From: an uncultured Alphaproteobacteria bacterium
Lineage (GTDB): Bacteria > Pseudomonadota > Alphaproteobacteria > Rhizobiales > Methyloligellaceae
Direction: 5' to 3'
Length of the DNA: 64,000 bases
Assembly (NCBI GenBank): GCA_963776655.1
Contig: CAVZNL010000004.1
Location: 490,382 to 554,381, forward strand
Below the pieces are notes generated by a model. The model saw nothing but the letters and a program-made list of their open reading frames with translations. It made no database searches and was not told where the DNA came from. Both the position numbers and the translations under genes were made by a program. Of the stretch, positions 46,527 to 55,980 are shown piece after piece (within the stretch, counting starts at the first letter, position 1; every line of letters starts with the position of its first letter).

Positions 46527-46541
46527 TTAACACACCGTTAA
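46527..46541. promoter_or_regulatory. CtrA-binding box upstream of popZ
   Basis: Perfect TTAA-CACACCG-TTAA. Confidence 0.65.
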
Positions 46542-46606
46542 TGCCCAAGTCCCGATTTGGTTCGGCCGAATCTTGCCGTTGGTTAACGTTCGGAGCCGTT
46601 TTTCGT

Positions 46607-48157
46607 TCATTCGTCGGGGGCGGGCGGGGGCGGCGGCCGCAGGCCGAAAAGCTTCTTCTTCACGATATCGTAGTGCTCGATCGGATCGTAATAAGGCACT
46701 GGCAGACCGAGGGTTTGCGCGTCCATCCGGCCGACGGCCGTGTAGAGGGAATATTCGGCGACGACGCGGTCCCTGAGTGCGGTGACGAGGCCGATCTGCG
46801 AGTTCAGGAGTTCCCTCTGGGCGTCCAGCACATCGAGCGTCGTGCGCTGGCCAACCTTCTCCTCCTCGCGAACGCCGGTGAGCGCGATCTTGTTGGCGTC
46901 GACGGCCGCTTCGGCTGAGGTGATCGCCGGCCCCGAGGATTGCAGGATGCCCCAATTCGCGATCACGTCGGCATGGACCCTGAGCCGCGCGTCCTCGACT
47001 TCTTTCTTGAGCTGATTGTTGGTCTCCTTGGCCTGGCGCACGCGCGCCGACACGCCGCCGCCCTGATAGAAGGGAACGTTGAGGCGCCCTACCACGCTGC
47101 GTCTGCTCCTTGAGCGAGCTTCGAGGGTCGAGCCGAGATCGAAACGCTTCTCGTATTGTGCCTCGAGCGTGCACCTCGGGAAGCATCTCGCCCATGATCT
47201 GCTGGACGGCGTAGAGGGACGACTCCTCGGTATAGACGGAGGCGAGGATGATGGGGTTCTCGCCATCGCCCTGCGTCATGGCTTCGTTTATGGTCGGAGG
47301 CAGGAGGTGCATGATCGAGGGCGGCGTGACGAGGTTGCCCGGGGGATGGCCGATGATCTGCTCAAAGGCGGCGCGGCTCGTCTTGAGATTCGCCTGAGCG
47401 GCGGCAAGGGTGGCCAGCGCTTCCGAGCGCCGCGCTTCGGCTTGCGCCACATCGGTGCGCGTCACCTCGCCGACATCGAAGCGGTCCCTGGTCGCCTTGA
47501 GCTGCTCGCTGAGCACGGAGACGTCGTTCTCGCGCAAGCGGACGATGGCCGTATCGCGCACGACATTGACATAGGCGGTCACGGCATCGAGCAGGACCGT
47601 CTGCTCGACGATGCGCAGCGCTTCGCGCGCCGCTTGCACGGTAGCCTTCGCCCCCCTGATGGCGTTGAGATTGCGGAAAGCCCTGGAAGATCGGCTGGGT
47701 CAGATTGACCGCATAGCCACGCGGATTGGTCACCCCGTCATCCTCGCCGGCCTCGCCCTCACCGAATGCATCGGCTAAGGGGAATTGCTCCGTGCTGATG
47801 CGGCGGTCAGGCCGGCAGGGAATGCCTGCTGACAGGCCCGGTCAACAAACCGACATCGGAAGGTATAGTGCTGCCCCCGCTGCCGCCGATCTTGGTGTTG
47901 GTATTCTGGAAGGCCGTATCGGCTGTGCCGAAGATGAAGGGACGCAAGCCCGATTTGGCGACCGCGACCTCTTCGTCGGTCGCCCGCAACCGCGCGCGTT
48001 CGGCATTGAGGACAGGATTGATGAGGTAGGCGTCAGCCAAAGCTTCTTCGAGCGTCTCGGCGTTAGCCGGACGGCCGAAGGCAGTCATGACGAGGAACGC
48101 GCATACAAGAAGGGCCCCGCCACGCAGCCGAAATGACAATGCCGCGCAGGACGACAT
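46607..48157 (-). CDS. tolC: TolC-family outer membrane efflux protein; several apparent frameshifts
   Basis: AETLEEALADAYLINP, RFDVGEVTRTDVAQAEAR, VGQRTTLDVLDAQRE. Confidence 0.93.
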
Positions 48158-48355
48158 GTCGTGCCCGCTCACGACGCCTTGCACCCGAATTTCTCCCGCA
48201 GTGCGTGAAGTCCCCCGACTCCCCAACTGCGGTCAAAGCTTAGTGCACGCCAGTCGGGGTGCGATACCCACGAAACGTTGGTTTGAGGGGAAATCGGCAA
48301 AAAAACCGGGACATGTGGGATCGGAGCAACAGTGCCCCCGGAGGGCACCGAATCC

Positions 48356-49036
48356 TCAGAAAATGAAGCTTGGCGCAGGCGAAAAGCCCGGGAGCGGCCG
48401 GGCGCCGGCGTCGAAATGTGGCACGCCGCTCGCCTCCCCGCCGTCTTTGACGAAGAGATAGGCCTTTCCCTGGGTCCCGGGGCCGCCGCGCAGCAGAATC
48501 GCCGCAAGCCTGCCGCCTTCCTTGAGCTGCGCAAACAAAGGCTCGGGCGGGGCCGGTACGCTGCCGTTCAACACGATCACATCGTAAGGCCCTTTCTCCG
48601 GGCACCCTGCGACAAGCGGGCCTTCGACAATTTGTGCGTTGGGAAGCCGGAGATCCGGCAAAGCGCGGCGCGCCACACTGGCAAGCTCGGGCTCGGGCTC
48701 TAGCCCGACCACCGTCCGGCCAAGCCGTGCAAGAACGGCCGTGGAATAGCCCGTGGCGCAGCCGATATCGAGCACGGTGTCCTGTGGCTCGACGGCGGCA
48801 AGCTGCACGAGCCTTGCCAAGACCATGGGCGCAAGCAGGTAGCGTGCCGGGGCGGCGTCGGTCGCGGGAAAGACTTCGATCCCCTCATCGATATAGGCGA
48901 GTGCCCGCAGCCGCTCAGGGACAAACCGCTCGCGCGGCAGCGCGCTCATGGCGGCGAGGAGGCGCGCATCGGTCACCTCGTTTGGCCGGAGCTGGGTCTC
49001 GACCATGGTGAGCCGCTGACGCACAAAGTCGACCAT
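48356..49036 (-). CDS. Protein-L-isoaspartate O-methyltransferase-like protein (second copy)
   Basis: RLTMVETQLRPNEVTD, VLDIGCATGYSTA, GPYDVIV; conserved upstream of tolC. Confidence 0.9.
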   Translation of the reverse strand: MVDFVRQRLTMVETQLRPNEVTDARLLAAMSALPRERFVPERLRALAYIDEGIEVFPATDAAPARYLLAPMVLARLVQLAAVEPQDTVLDIGCATGYSTAVLARLGRTVVGLEPEPELASVARRALPDLRLPNAQIVEGPLVAGCPEKGPYDVIVLNGSVPAPPEPLFAQLKEGGRLAAILLRGGPGTQGKAYLFVKDGGEASGVPHFDAGARPLPGFSPAPSFIF

Positions 49037-49083
49037 GCCGTTTGCCCCGCCCTTTCGATTTCACTGACGCCCGCGGTCGTCAC

Positions 49084-49157
49084 TCGTCATGCCGTTACCC
49101 CTCAACAAACTGAAGCGCTAGTGGAATGGATTGCCGGGTCAAGCCCGGCAATGACGG
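49084..49157. repeat. RPE-like repeat, uninterrupted homolog of 14593-14693
   Basis: TGGATTGCCGGGTCAAGCCCGGCAATGACGG. Confidence 0.8.
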
Positions 49158-49304
49158 TTTTGGTCGAGACGCTAGACCGAGCCAGGGTCGACGCCGCCTC
49201 GCTGCGCCTTGATGCCGTGGGATAGCCTCGTCCGACGGGCTCGATCGCGTATTGACATAGCGGGGACGATCATCACTTAGTCTCGTGACTTCTCTGCACA
49301 AATC

Positions 49305-49378
49305 GGCCACGTGGCGGAGTGGTTACGCAGCGGACTGCAAATCCGTGCACACCGGTTCGATTCCGGTCGTGGCCTCCA
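49305..49378 (+). tRNA. tRNA-Cys (GCA)
   Basis: Acceptor stem GGCCACG/CGTGGCC, anticodon loop CTGCAAA, GTTCGA T-loop, encoded CCA. Confidence 0.97.
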
Positions 49379-49611
49379 ATACTTACCTCGCATCGAGAGC
49401 TCAATTTTGCAGTCCGCTTTGCAGAATCCGTTCATCCTCTGTGCTTCTCCAGCTTGAAGATCGCCGCGCCAGCGAGCGCATCGGTGCGCGCGCAATAGCG
49501 CTCGATGGGCTTCTATTGGCTGTACTGATGCGTCGGCGTGGTGCGCTGGCGACGTTTGACGAGTTAACGACATAAGATCCTAGCAAACTGCTTCCTTTAG
49601 CCCGCGCACCA

Positions 49612-49685
49612 ATTTCCGCTTCACCTCACTTAGCGGAGATTTTTGGCTTCCGCGTCGACGTCCGCTAAGTGCCATTAGCCGACAA
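49612..49685. repeat. Pair of palindromic GTCCGCT..AGCGGAC sites
   Basis: ATTTCCGCTTC-ACCTCAC-TTAGCGGAGAT, 17-bp spacer, ACGTCCGCTAA-GTGCCA-TTAGCCGACAA. Confidence 0.8.
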
Positions 49686-49713
49686 GAGCCAAGGATCGCG
49701 CCCCCAAACGCCT

Positions 49714-49977
49714 TCAACGATGCGGACAGCCAGGCCAACAACAGGGTCTCCGCTTTCCGTCTTTGAGGCTGGAACACCCCCATTCGATCCGGCGAGTTCT
49801 TGTTTCTGGTTTCTTGGCCAACTCGATCCAGCAGATCCATTCATTTCGCGCGAGCGGCGTAATGTCCTCCCACGTCTCCAACGCTTCGGCGTCGGAGGTC
49901 AGTGCCTTTTTCAGGTCCGCGGGCAGATCGTGGACCACACCGCCTGAGATCTCTTTTACGCTCAAAGTTTCGCTCAC
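49714..49977 (-). CDS. YdeI/OmpD-associated family protein
   Basis: LPADLKKAL...ITPLARNEWICWI..AKKPETRTRRI...RRPCCWPGC. Confidence 0.88.
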   Translation of the reverse strand: MSETLSVKEISGGVVHDLPADLKKALTSDAEALETWEDITPLARNEWICWIELAKKPETRTRRIEWGCSSLKDGKRRPCCWPGCPHR

Positions 49978-50125
49978 AAGTGTATCGCCCGTTGCATTTT
50001 AGCGAGCCCCGGCGTACTGGCCTCAGTTAAACATTCAGGCTTTTAGCCTGAATTATGCTCGGCAATACGGGTATTTCGGGATTTGTTTGGTCTCCGTGAC
50101 ACCTGGAAGTTCTCGTGGTGGAACG

Positions 50126-50599
50126 TCAGCCACGCCGCGCCGCCTTGATCGCGGCGATGTCGATCTTCTTCATGCCCATCATCGCATCAAACGCGCGCTT
50201 TGCTTCATCGCCGCCGGCCGCCAGCGCCTCGGTCAGCACGCGCGGCGTTATTTGCCAGGAGACGCCCCACTTGTCTTTGCACCAGCCGCACTGGCTCTCC
50301 TGCCCGCCATTGCCGACGATGGCGTTCCAGTAGCGGTCGGTCTCTTGCTGATCATCGGTGGCGATCTGGAACGAGAAGGCTTCGTTATGCTTGAACGCGG
50401 GACCGCCGTTGAGGCCGATACAGGGGACGCCGGCGACTGTGAATTCGACCGTCAGCACGTCTCCCTCCTTGCCGGCTGGGTAGTCACTGGGGGCACGGTG
50501 CACGGCACCCACCGCGCTGCCGGGAAAGGCCTCGGCGTAAAAGCGGGCAGCAGCCTCGGCCTCCTTGTCGTACCACAGGCAAATCGTGTTCTTGGCCAT
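50126..50599 (-). CDS. VOC/PhnB-like (3-demethylubiquinone-9 3-methyltransferase family) protein
   Basis: CLWYDKEAEAAARFY, LNGGPAF, CGWCKDKWGVSWQI. Confidence 0.92.
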   Translation of the reverse strand: MAKNTICLWYDKEAEAAARFYAEAFPGSAVGAVHRAPSDYPAGKEGDVLTVEFTVAGVPCIGLNGGPAFKHNEAFSFQIATDDQQETDRYWNAIVGNGGQESQCGWCKDKWGVSWQITPRVLTEALAAGGDEAKRAFDAMMGMKKIDIAAIKAARRG

Positions 50600-50807
50600 T
50601 GCTTATCCTTTCGCTTCCTTTCGCATCATTTGCCGCACCCCGACGTGTAGTCGAGCTTGGGTTGGAATCGTTGACTGCGGGCTTACCGCATAAACATCCC
50701 GTGCGATTTGGCAGTTCCGCCCAGGCACGAGGAGTTGAAGATCCTTCGCGTGCGCCTCGATTGCCGTGAGCTTGCCTGAAGGAGCCCCATAGTGAAGGGC
50801 ACGCGTT

Positions 50808-50925
50808 GAGTCCGCTTTGGGTCATTAGCGGACACTCTGGCGCGGACTGGATGTCCGCTCCACCCTCCAATAGCGGACATGCTCAGAGTCAGCATCGATG
50901 TCTGCTAAGTGCCATTAGCGGACAT
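50808..50925. repeat. Triplet of palindromic GTCCGCT..AGCGGAC sites
   Basis: GAGTCCGCTTT-GGGTCA-TTAGCGGACAC; ATGTCCGCTCC-ACCCTCCA-ATAGCGGACAT; ATGTCTGCTAA-GTGCCA-TTAGCGGACAT. Confidence 0.85.
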
Positions 50926-50941
50926 GTGGCCGGCTTTCCCC

Positions 50942-51270
50942 TCAGTCCTCAGCGGCTGAGGGTTCCGTCGTAACGGGCCCTAAATACTTCACGTTGATCG
51001 TATCGATTTTACCGTTGAACCTGAATGGCGCCCGATCGAAATAAGCTAGCGAGACTGGCGAATAGCTGTCCATGCCGACATCAAAGGTGTCGTTTGCCGT
51101 GAATAGGACCGGCGCGTTACACGGCACGCGCCCCTTGGCGACCTCATCTCCATTGATGCGAATTGTAACGTCCATGGGCCGACTGTGACCCTTACCGGAA
51201 AGACGCGACTCAACTCAATCTTGACCCTGCCGATAGGCAAGGGCTTCTCAGTGGAAATTCGAGTGCGCGT
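50942..51270 (-). pseudogene. C-terminal fragment of an arylsulfatase-like protein
   Basis: VAKGRVP...FTANDTFDVGMDSYSPVSLAYFDRAPFRFNGKI resembles long-sulfatase C-termini; no 5' part or catalytic motif present. Confidence 0.7.
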
Positions 51271-51452
51271 AGAGCACCCCGCTTGCAGGTTAGCCTAGCC
51301 AAAGTCGGTGCAAGCGATCACAGAGAGCGAAGTTTGGAGAATGGTGGGGCGCACTAGGCGCAAATTCTCCGTTCGGCAATTCGGCGGTCCGGTTAGGTGC
51401 GGTCGAGATCACAGCGCATCATCGAGGATTGGTACACGTGGTACATTCGCTG

Positions 51453-51480
51453 ATGTCTGCTAAGTGCCATACCGGACATT
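51453..51480. repeat. Single GTGCCA-core palindromic site
   Basis: ATGTCTGCTAA-GTGCCA-TACCGGACATT. Confidence 0.75.
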
Positions 51481-51530
51481 TAGGTGCGAGAGAATGGAAA
51501 CTTATTCGCAAGGAGACGCGGACGCTTCCC

Positions 51531-52016
51531 TTAACATCCCGCCGTTCTTCGCTCGCAATTCACCGTCCTGATCCAGGCGATGATTTTCCAGATCTCATCT
51601 TCGCTCTTGATGATCTCACCATAGGGGGGCATCGGCCCGACCACGTGCTCGGAGCCCTTTCGCACGAAGCCCTGCTTCTCGAAAGCGCCTCCCGGGCTGA
51701 GACTGCCTGTGCCGAGCGTGATCAGCCGGAACAGAGTATCGTCGTCATCGCCATAGATCCAAACCTCGTTGGTGAGCGGTGCGGCCATGCCCCCACCTCC
51801 ACCGCCTCCGTGACAACCGCCGCAGTCGAGCGAGCGGTAAATCTTGCGGCCTTGCTCGGCGACAGTCGAGACATCCGTATAAGGGCTCTTAAGCTGCCCC
51901 TTCGGCGCGCTCGCCACGCGATCCGGGAGCGTCATGATCTCGGCCGACGCCACAGGCCAACCGAAAAGGGTCGCCGCGATGAAGCCCATCACAATCCTGT
52001 CGAGCATTCCGCACAT
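51531..52016 (-). CDS. c-type cytochrome, XoxG/cytochrome cL-like (start uncertain)
   Basis: Signal peptide; CGGCHGGGGGGGM, LTNEVWIYGDDDDTLFRL, VVGPMPP, WKIIAWIR. Confidence 0.85.
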   Translation of the reverse strand: MCGMLDRIVMGFIAATLFGWPVASAEIMTLPDRVASAPKGQLKSPYTDVSTVAEQGRKIYRSLDCGGCHGGGGGGGMAAPLTNEVWIYGDDDDTLFRLITLGTGSLSPGGAFEKQGFVRKGSEHVVGPMPPYGEIIKSEDEIWKIIAWIRTVNCERRTAGC

Positions 52017-52322
52017 CGCGCTTGCCTCATAGCCTCAAAAAGCGCCCTCAGGCCGTCGAACCTGAGGGGCTTTCGCGAAGCGGTGTCATGTTCGAAGATC
52101 CCGATTGACCACGGGTTTATTGGGCAGCCCCGGCTGCAATCACTTTGCTCGTATCGACGATCGCCAGCGTGTCGGCATGGTCGCCGCACTGAAGGTTCAG
52201 CGACGTGTTCTCGGCGCTGTCGATATGAACCATTTGCCGAGGGTTCAGGGCCACGCGGACGCGTGCCGCTGAACCGCCGCTGACGTCGGCGCGGTCCCAC
52301 ACCAATCCCCCCGCCACGAGGT

Positions 52323-54788
52323 TTAGCCATTCGCCCCTGTAGAGGTACTGTGACTCCACTTGCGAACTCTTGTTTCGGCAGCCGCGGTGCAGCCTGGACA
52401 GGACGTCTCTTCCTGGAGAATGGTGCTCGATATGTACGAAAACAACAGATCCGAATTGGGTGTCAGGGAGTAGCGTGTCCCAACTCGCCATGTGTCGAGA
52501 TCAATTGAGCGGCTGAAATCTGGATTGAAGAACTCAGGATCAAAGTTGAACGCCAAGTCGCCCTGCTCAGATTTTCGATGCCGCAGCTCGACCTGCACGT
52601 TCAACTCCGGTGTAACCGCAGCCTGTACGAATAAATTGTATATTTCGTGCTCGAAGCCGGCATTGGGCCTCCAGCCATCTGTGTCGAATTGAAAGGCACC
52701 GGCACTGATCGAAAACCTGTCGTGTAACGCTGACGCGATGCCCTCAAAACCAAGCGTATCGTCCTTTCCGTCAAGGCCCGCTGGAGTAGGCGTGACGCCC
52801 TCGAAATCAAGCCTGTCTCCTCGTCCAGCGAGGCCGGCGCCTACAAGCTGAATGTCGTTACGCTCAAACAGCGGCGTATATTCGTTTAACCCCGGAATGA
52901 AGGGGCCGCCCCGCGACAGCAGGCTGAGGTTCGTCTCGGCCAGACTCGGTTGCACCGGGTTGATGTTGATGTCCTGCAGCATTTGCGCCTGGAGCAGCTC
53001 GCTCACCCGCGCAATGTCCCGGCGTGGCACCCCAATATAGGCGTCGGCGAGAAAGCGATGAGCGGCGCTGTTATCCGGAGCAAACATCAGGGAATCATAG
53101 CCCTGGTTTAAACCCAGCTGCTCGAATCCAAGATTGGTGTAAATCTGCGCCAAATTGGCTTGGCGCGTGGCCCGGTCCGAATCGAGGAGCTGACGGCTAC
53201 GGTAAACGGCGCGATTATCGTTGAGCTCGATCGACTTCTGCATATTGAGCATGGCGTCGACGGGCCGATTGATGCTCTGCAAGCGGATGGCGTCGTAGAG
53301 ATAGGGCGTTGGATCGAGCGGATCGAGCTGCTTGGCCAGGGCGAATTGCCTGGCGTCGAGCGGGTCGCGTTTCTCCTCGAAATAGGCCTTGCCGAGATAG
53401 GAGCGAAGCAGAGAGTTGGTGGAATCGAGGCCTACGGCCATCTCCAGGTAACGACGCCCTTCCGCAAGCGCGCCGTCGCGGATGATGGCGAGCCCAAGGC
53501 CGAAGCGGGCGAGCGGATCGGCCGAATCGAGTTCGATGGCTCGGGTAAAGGCTTCGCGCGCTACCTTGGTGCGGAACTCGGTGAGCGCGGTAAAGCCGAA
53601 CACAAGGTGCACCCGCTCCAGGTCGGGCATCAGGCTAACCGCGGTCTCGGCCGCCTCGCGCGCGCGCTTGCGATACCCGAACATCAGCCACAACTCGCCG
53701 AGCCGGGCCCAGGCCAGCGCGTTTTGCGGCTGAACTGCGGTCGCCTCAAGCAGGGTGTCGCGGGCGCCCTTCAGATCGAAATTCGCCTGCTGGGCATAGG
53801 ACAAAGCAATTCTGGGCGCTGCCGCCTTTGGCTCGAGCGCGACGCCGCGCTTTGCGTCTTGAAGCGCCTTGACCTTCTCGTTCTTGACCACCTCGATCAC
53901 GGCGCGCAAGGCATAAGCAAGTCCTGCGCGCTCATTCCGTGCGATTGCTTGATTAATGATTTTCAGGGCCTCGTCTACACGTCCAACGGACAAGAGAAAC
54001 GCGGCTTCGAGCAGATAAAAGGAAGCGTCCCGCTCGTCGGGTGGCACCCGATTAAGAGCAGCGAGGGCACCGGCGATGTCGTGCCTCTTTGCCCGCTCTA
54101 GAGCGGCGGCCAATTCCGGCCTCAGACCGCTGGTTTCCCCAATCGCGAGGATCGGCGGATAATAGAGGCCCCACTGCACCGTATCCCAGGGCCGGACTAA
54201 AATGTACGAACGCGGCGCCCGCCCCGCCGATGCGGATATTGAATGGCCGCTGGTAACTGCCACCCTCCCGTGCCTGTTGCCGGCGGCCACTGTCCCTTCG
54301 AACACCGTAAGGCTGGTTTGACGCGCTTCCGCGCGGATGACGAATTCCGTACCACGGACGGCAGCGTTCAAATAGGGCGTGTTGACCTCAAGGGCGCGCG
54401 GCCGCCGGCTGAAGGATTGGAATGCTCCAATCGTCAAATCGAGCATGGAGGGCTGTTGCTCGTCGGTGGCGATATCGACGAGATAGACCGTGGTATCCTG
54501 GTCGATACGCAGTACCGCCTCATTGGTGAGCATCACCGCGGCGCGGCTCAGCGAGCCCGTGCGGACCGCATCGCGCTCGCAGAGCGATTGGTTCAGGGCA
54601 GCCGGCTGCCACACGCCGTTGCGCTGCACCTCGACTTGACCGTCGAGCGAGTAGAGCTGGCCTACGGCTTGGCAATCCTGTGCGCTGGCCGTCCCTGCTT
54701 GCACCGCGACGATGAGCAGAGAAAGCAGAGAAAGAAGAGTGAGTTCGCGTTCCCCCCTGAGCCATGGCCCCCCCAAAAGGCCAAGCAT
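52323..54788 (-). CDS. FecR-domain + TPR + beta-barrel (TonB-receptor-like) protein, apparently 3'-truncated
   Basis: Signal peptide; FecR (VNTPYLNAAVRGTEF); TPRs; NDNRAVYRSR, SELLQAQMLQ; barrel strands; frame break near 52370. Confidence 0.8.
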   Translation of the reverse strand: MLGLLGGPWLRGERELTLLSLLSLLIVAVQAGTASAQDCQAVGQLYSLDGQVEVQRNGVWQPAALNQSLCERDAVRTGSLSRAAVMLTNEAVLRIDQDTTVYLVDIATDEQQPSMLDLTIGAFQSFSRRPRALEVNTPYLNAAVRGTEFVIRAEARQTSLTVFEGTVAAGNRHGRVAVTSGHSISASAGRAPRSYILVRPWDTVQWGLYYPPILAIGETSGLRPELAAALERAKRHDIAGALAALNRVPPDERDASFYLLEAAFLLSVGRVDEALKIINQAIARNERAGLAYALRAVIEVVKNEKVKALQDAKRGVALEPKAAAPRIALSYAQQANFDLKGARDTLLEATAVQPQNALAWARLGELWLMFGYRKRAREAAETAVSLMPDLERVHLVFGFTALTEFRTKVAREAFTRAIELDSADPLARFGLGLAIIRDGALAEGRRYLEMAVGLDSTNSLLRSYLGKAYFEEKRDPLDARQFALAKQLDPLDPTPYLYDAIRLQSINRPVDAMLNMQKSIELNDNRAVYRSRQLLDSDRATRQANLAQIYTNLGFEQLGLNQGYDSLMFAPDNSAAHRFLADAYIGVPRRDIARVSELLQAQMLQDININPVQPSLAETNLSLLSRGGPFIPGLNEYTPLFERNDIQLVGAGLAGRGDRLDFEGVTPTPAGLDGKDDTLGFEGIASALHDRFSISAGAFQFDTDGWRPNAGFEHEIYNLFVQAAVTPELNVQVELRHRKSEQGDLAFNFDPEFFNPDFSRSIDLDTWRVGTRYSLTPNSDLLFSYISSTILQEETSCPGCTAAAETRVRKWSHSTSTGANG

Positions 54789-54946
54789 AAAACCGGTCCC
54801 CGCTTCCTAGACGCCATTATAGGCCTCTAGGATAAGGAAAAACAACCTGAGGCCGTGGGAATTGCGTATTACCCGCGAGGCCATCATGACATGTGAACGG
54901 TCACGGCTAACCGACAAGCCTGACTCACGAAAGTTAAGTACCCGGG

Positions 54947-55614
54947 CTATTCGCCAGTCATCTCATGCAGCATTTCGACAAGCCGATCCACATCCCAAAT
55001 GACCAACATTCCGGGCTGGCGCTCAATCAGGCCTACCCGCGAAAGTCGATTAAGCTCTCTTGTAACAGCCTCCCGATGCGTGCTGACGCGGCTTGCGATC
55101 TCAGCATGGGTGGGCGGTGGAACCAGCCGCACGCTCCTGCCCTCTCGCGGCGCCCGGCTTGCCAATCGCAGCAGTTCGGCTTGGATGCGATTGTTCACGG
55201 CGAGCGTGCTAAATTCGTACACGCGCTTCGTCAACGTCCGAACATTGCTTACGAGCTCTTTGATGAGAGCCTGTGCTACGGCCGGCTCAGCTAACAACAG
55301 CTGTCGGAAGGCTTTGGCGGACATCGAGGCGATCTGGCACTCGGTCCTAGCCACGACACTGGCACAGCGGGGGTTGCCATCGATTGCGGCATACTCGCCG
55401 AATAGGGCGCCCGGCCCCAAATTACGAAAACTGACTGCCTTGCCCGAGAGGGAATAGATCGTGACGCAAACTTCTCCTTGCGTGACGAAGAACACGTTGT
55501 CGGAAGCGTCGAGATAATCGACGATTGGCGCGCCCGGCTTGTAGTGTTCCCACGAACAGGTCTGGCCACACCCGCGAGTGTGTGGTCGAGTTCTGTCGTG
55601 TGAGACCGCTCCAT
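54947..55614 (-). CDS. Crp/Fnr-family transcriptional regulator, 5' end disrupted
   Basis: cNMP-binding FGEYAAIDGNPRCASV; HTH THAEIASRVSTHREAVTREL; frame break near 55565. Confidence 0.85.
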
Positions 55615-55873
55615 GCGTGGCCGCTGAGGACGCCCGCCAAGTGCGCGAGCATGGCTGGGAGGTCCTTTAATGCGCGTGGCAGCGCAAACAGGCCTAGCGA
55701 AACATCCTTGAGCAGATTTGGTCAAGGTTCTGCGAATTCCTTGCTTTACCCGCGTCCCCGGGGCCTGAGATATTGACGACGGTCCTAGATGGTTAATAAC
55801 ACTCGCGCACGCAGAACTGCTTCGCGTTTGCGGAGAATGAGGCGTCCCCTCTCTAAGATGGTGTGTCTTCGCA

Positions 55874-55980
55874 ACCAGCCGCGAGGTTAGTCCCCAATCC
55901 ACCGTCCCCCGGCTGGTTAGGCCCGGCACCGTTCATGTCCTGCGAACGCGTTTTTGCGCATCGGGACGAGTGTCGGCCGC
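55874..55980 (+). ncRNA. Candidate structured RNA, copy 1
   Basis: ACCAGCCG..CGGCTGGT hairpin, then TAGGCCCGGCAC..GTGTCGGCC hairpin; shares an 18-nt core with copy 2. Confidence 0.4.

Noticed and set aside
49612-51480. Palindromic repeats as a CRISPR array or integron attC sites
   Set aside because: Spacing is irregular, spacers of 15-17 bp are too short, no cas or intI is present, and there are no RYYYAAC/GTTRRRY ends; reported instead as an unclassified site family
54892-54905. TGTGA-ACGG-TCACG as a Crp site upstream of the FecR-TPR gene
   Set aside because: Spacer is 4 bp rather than the canonical 6 bp, so support is too weak
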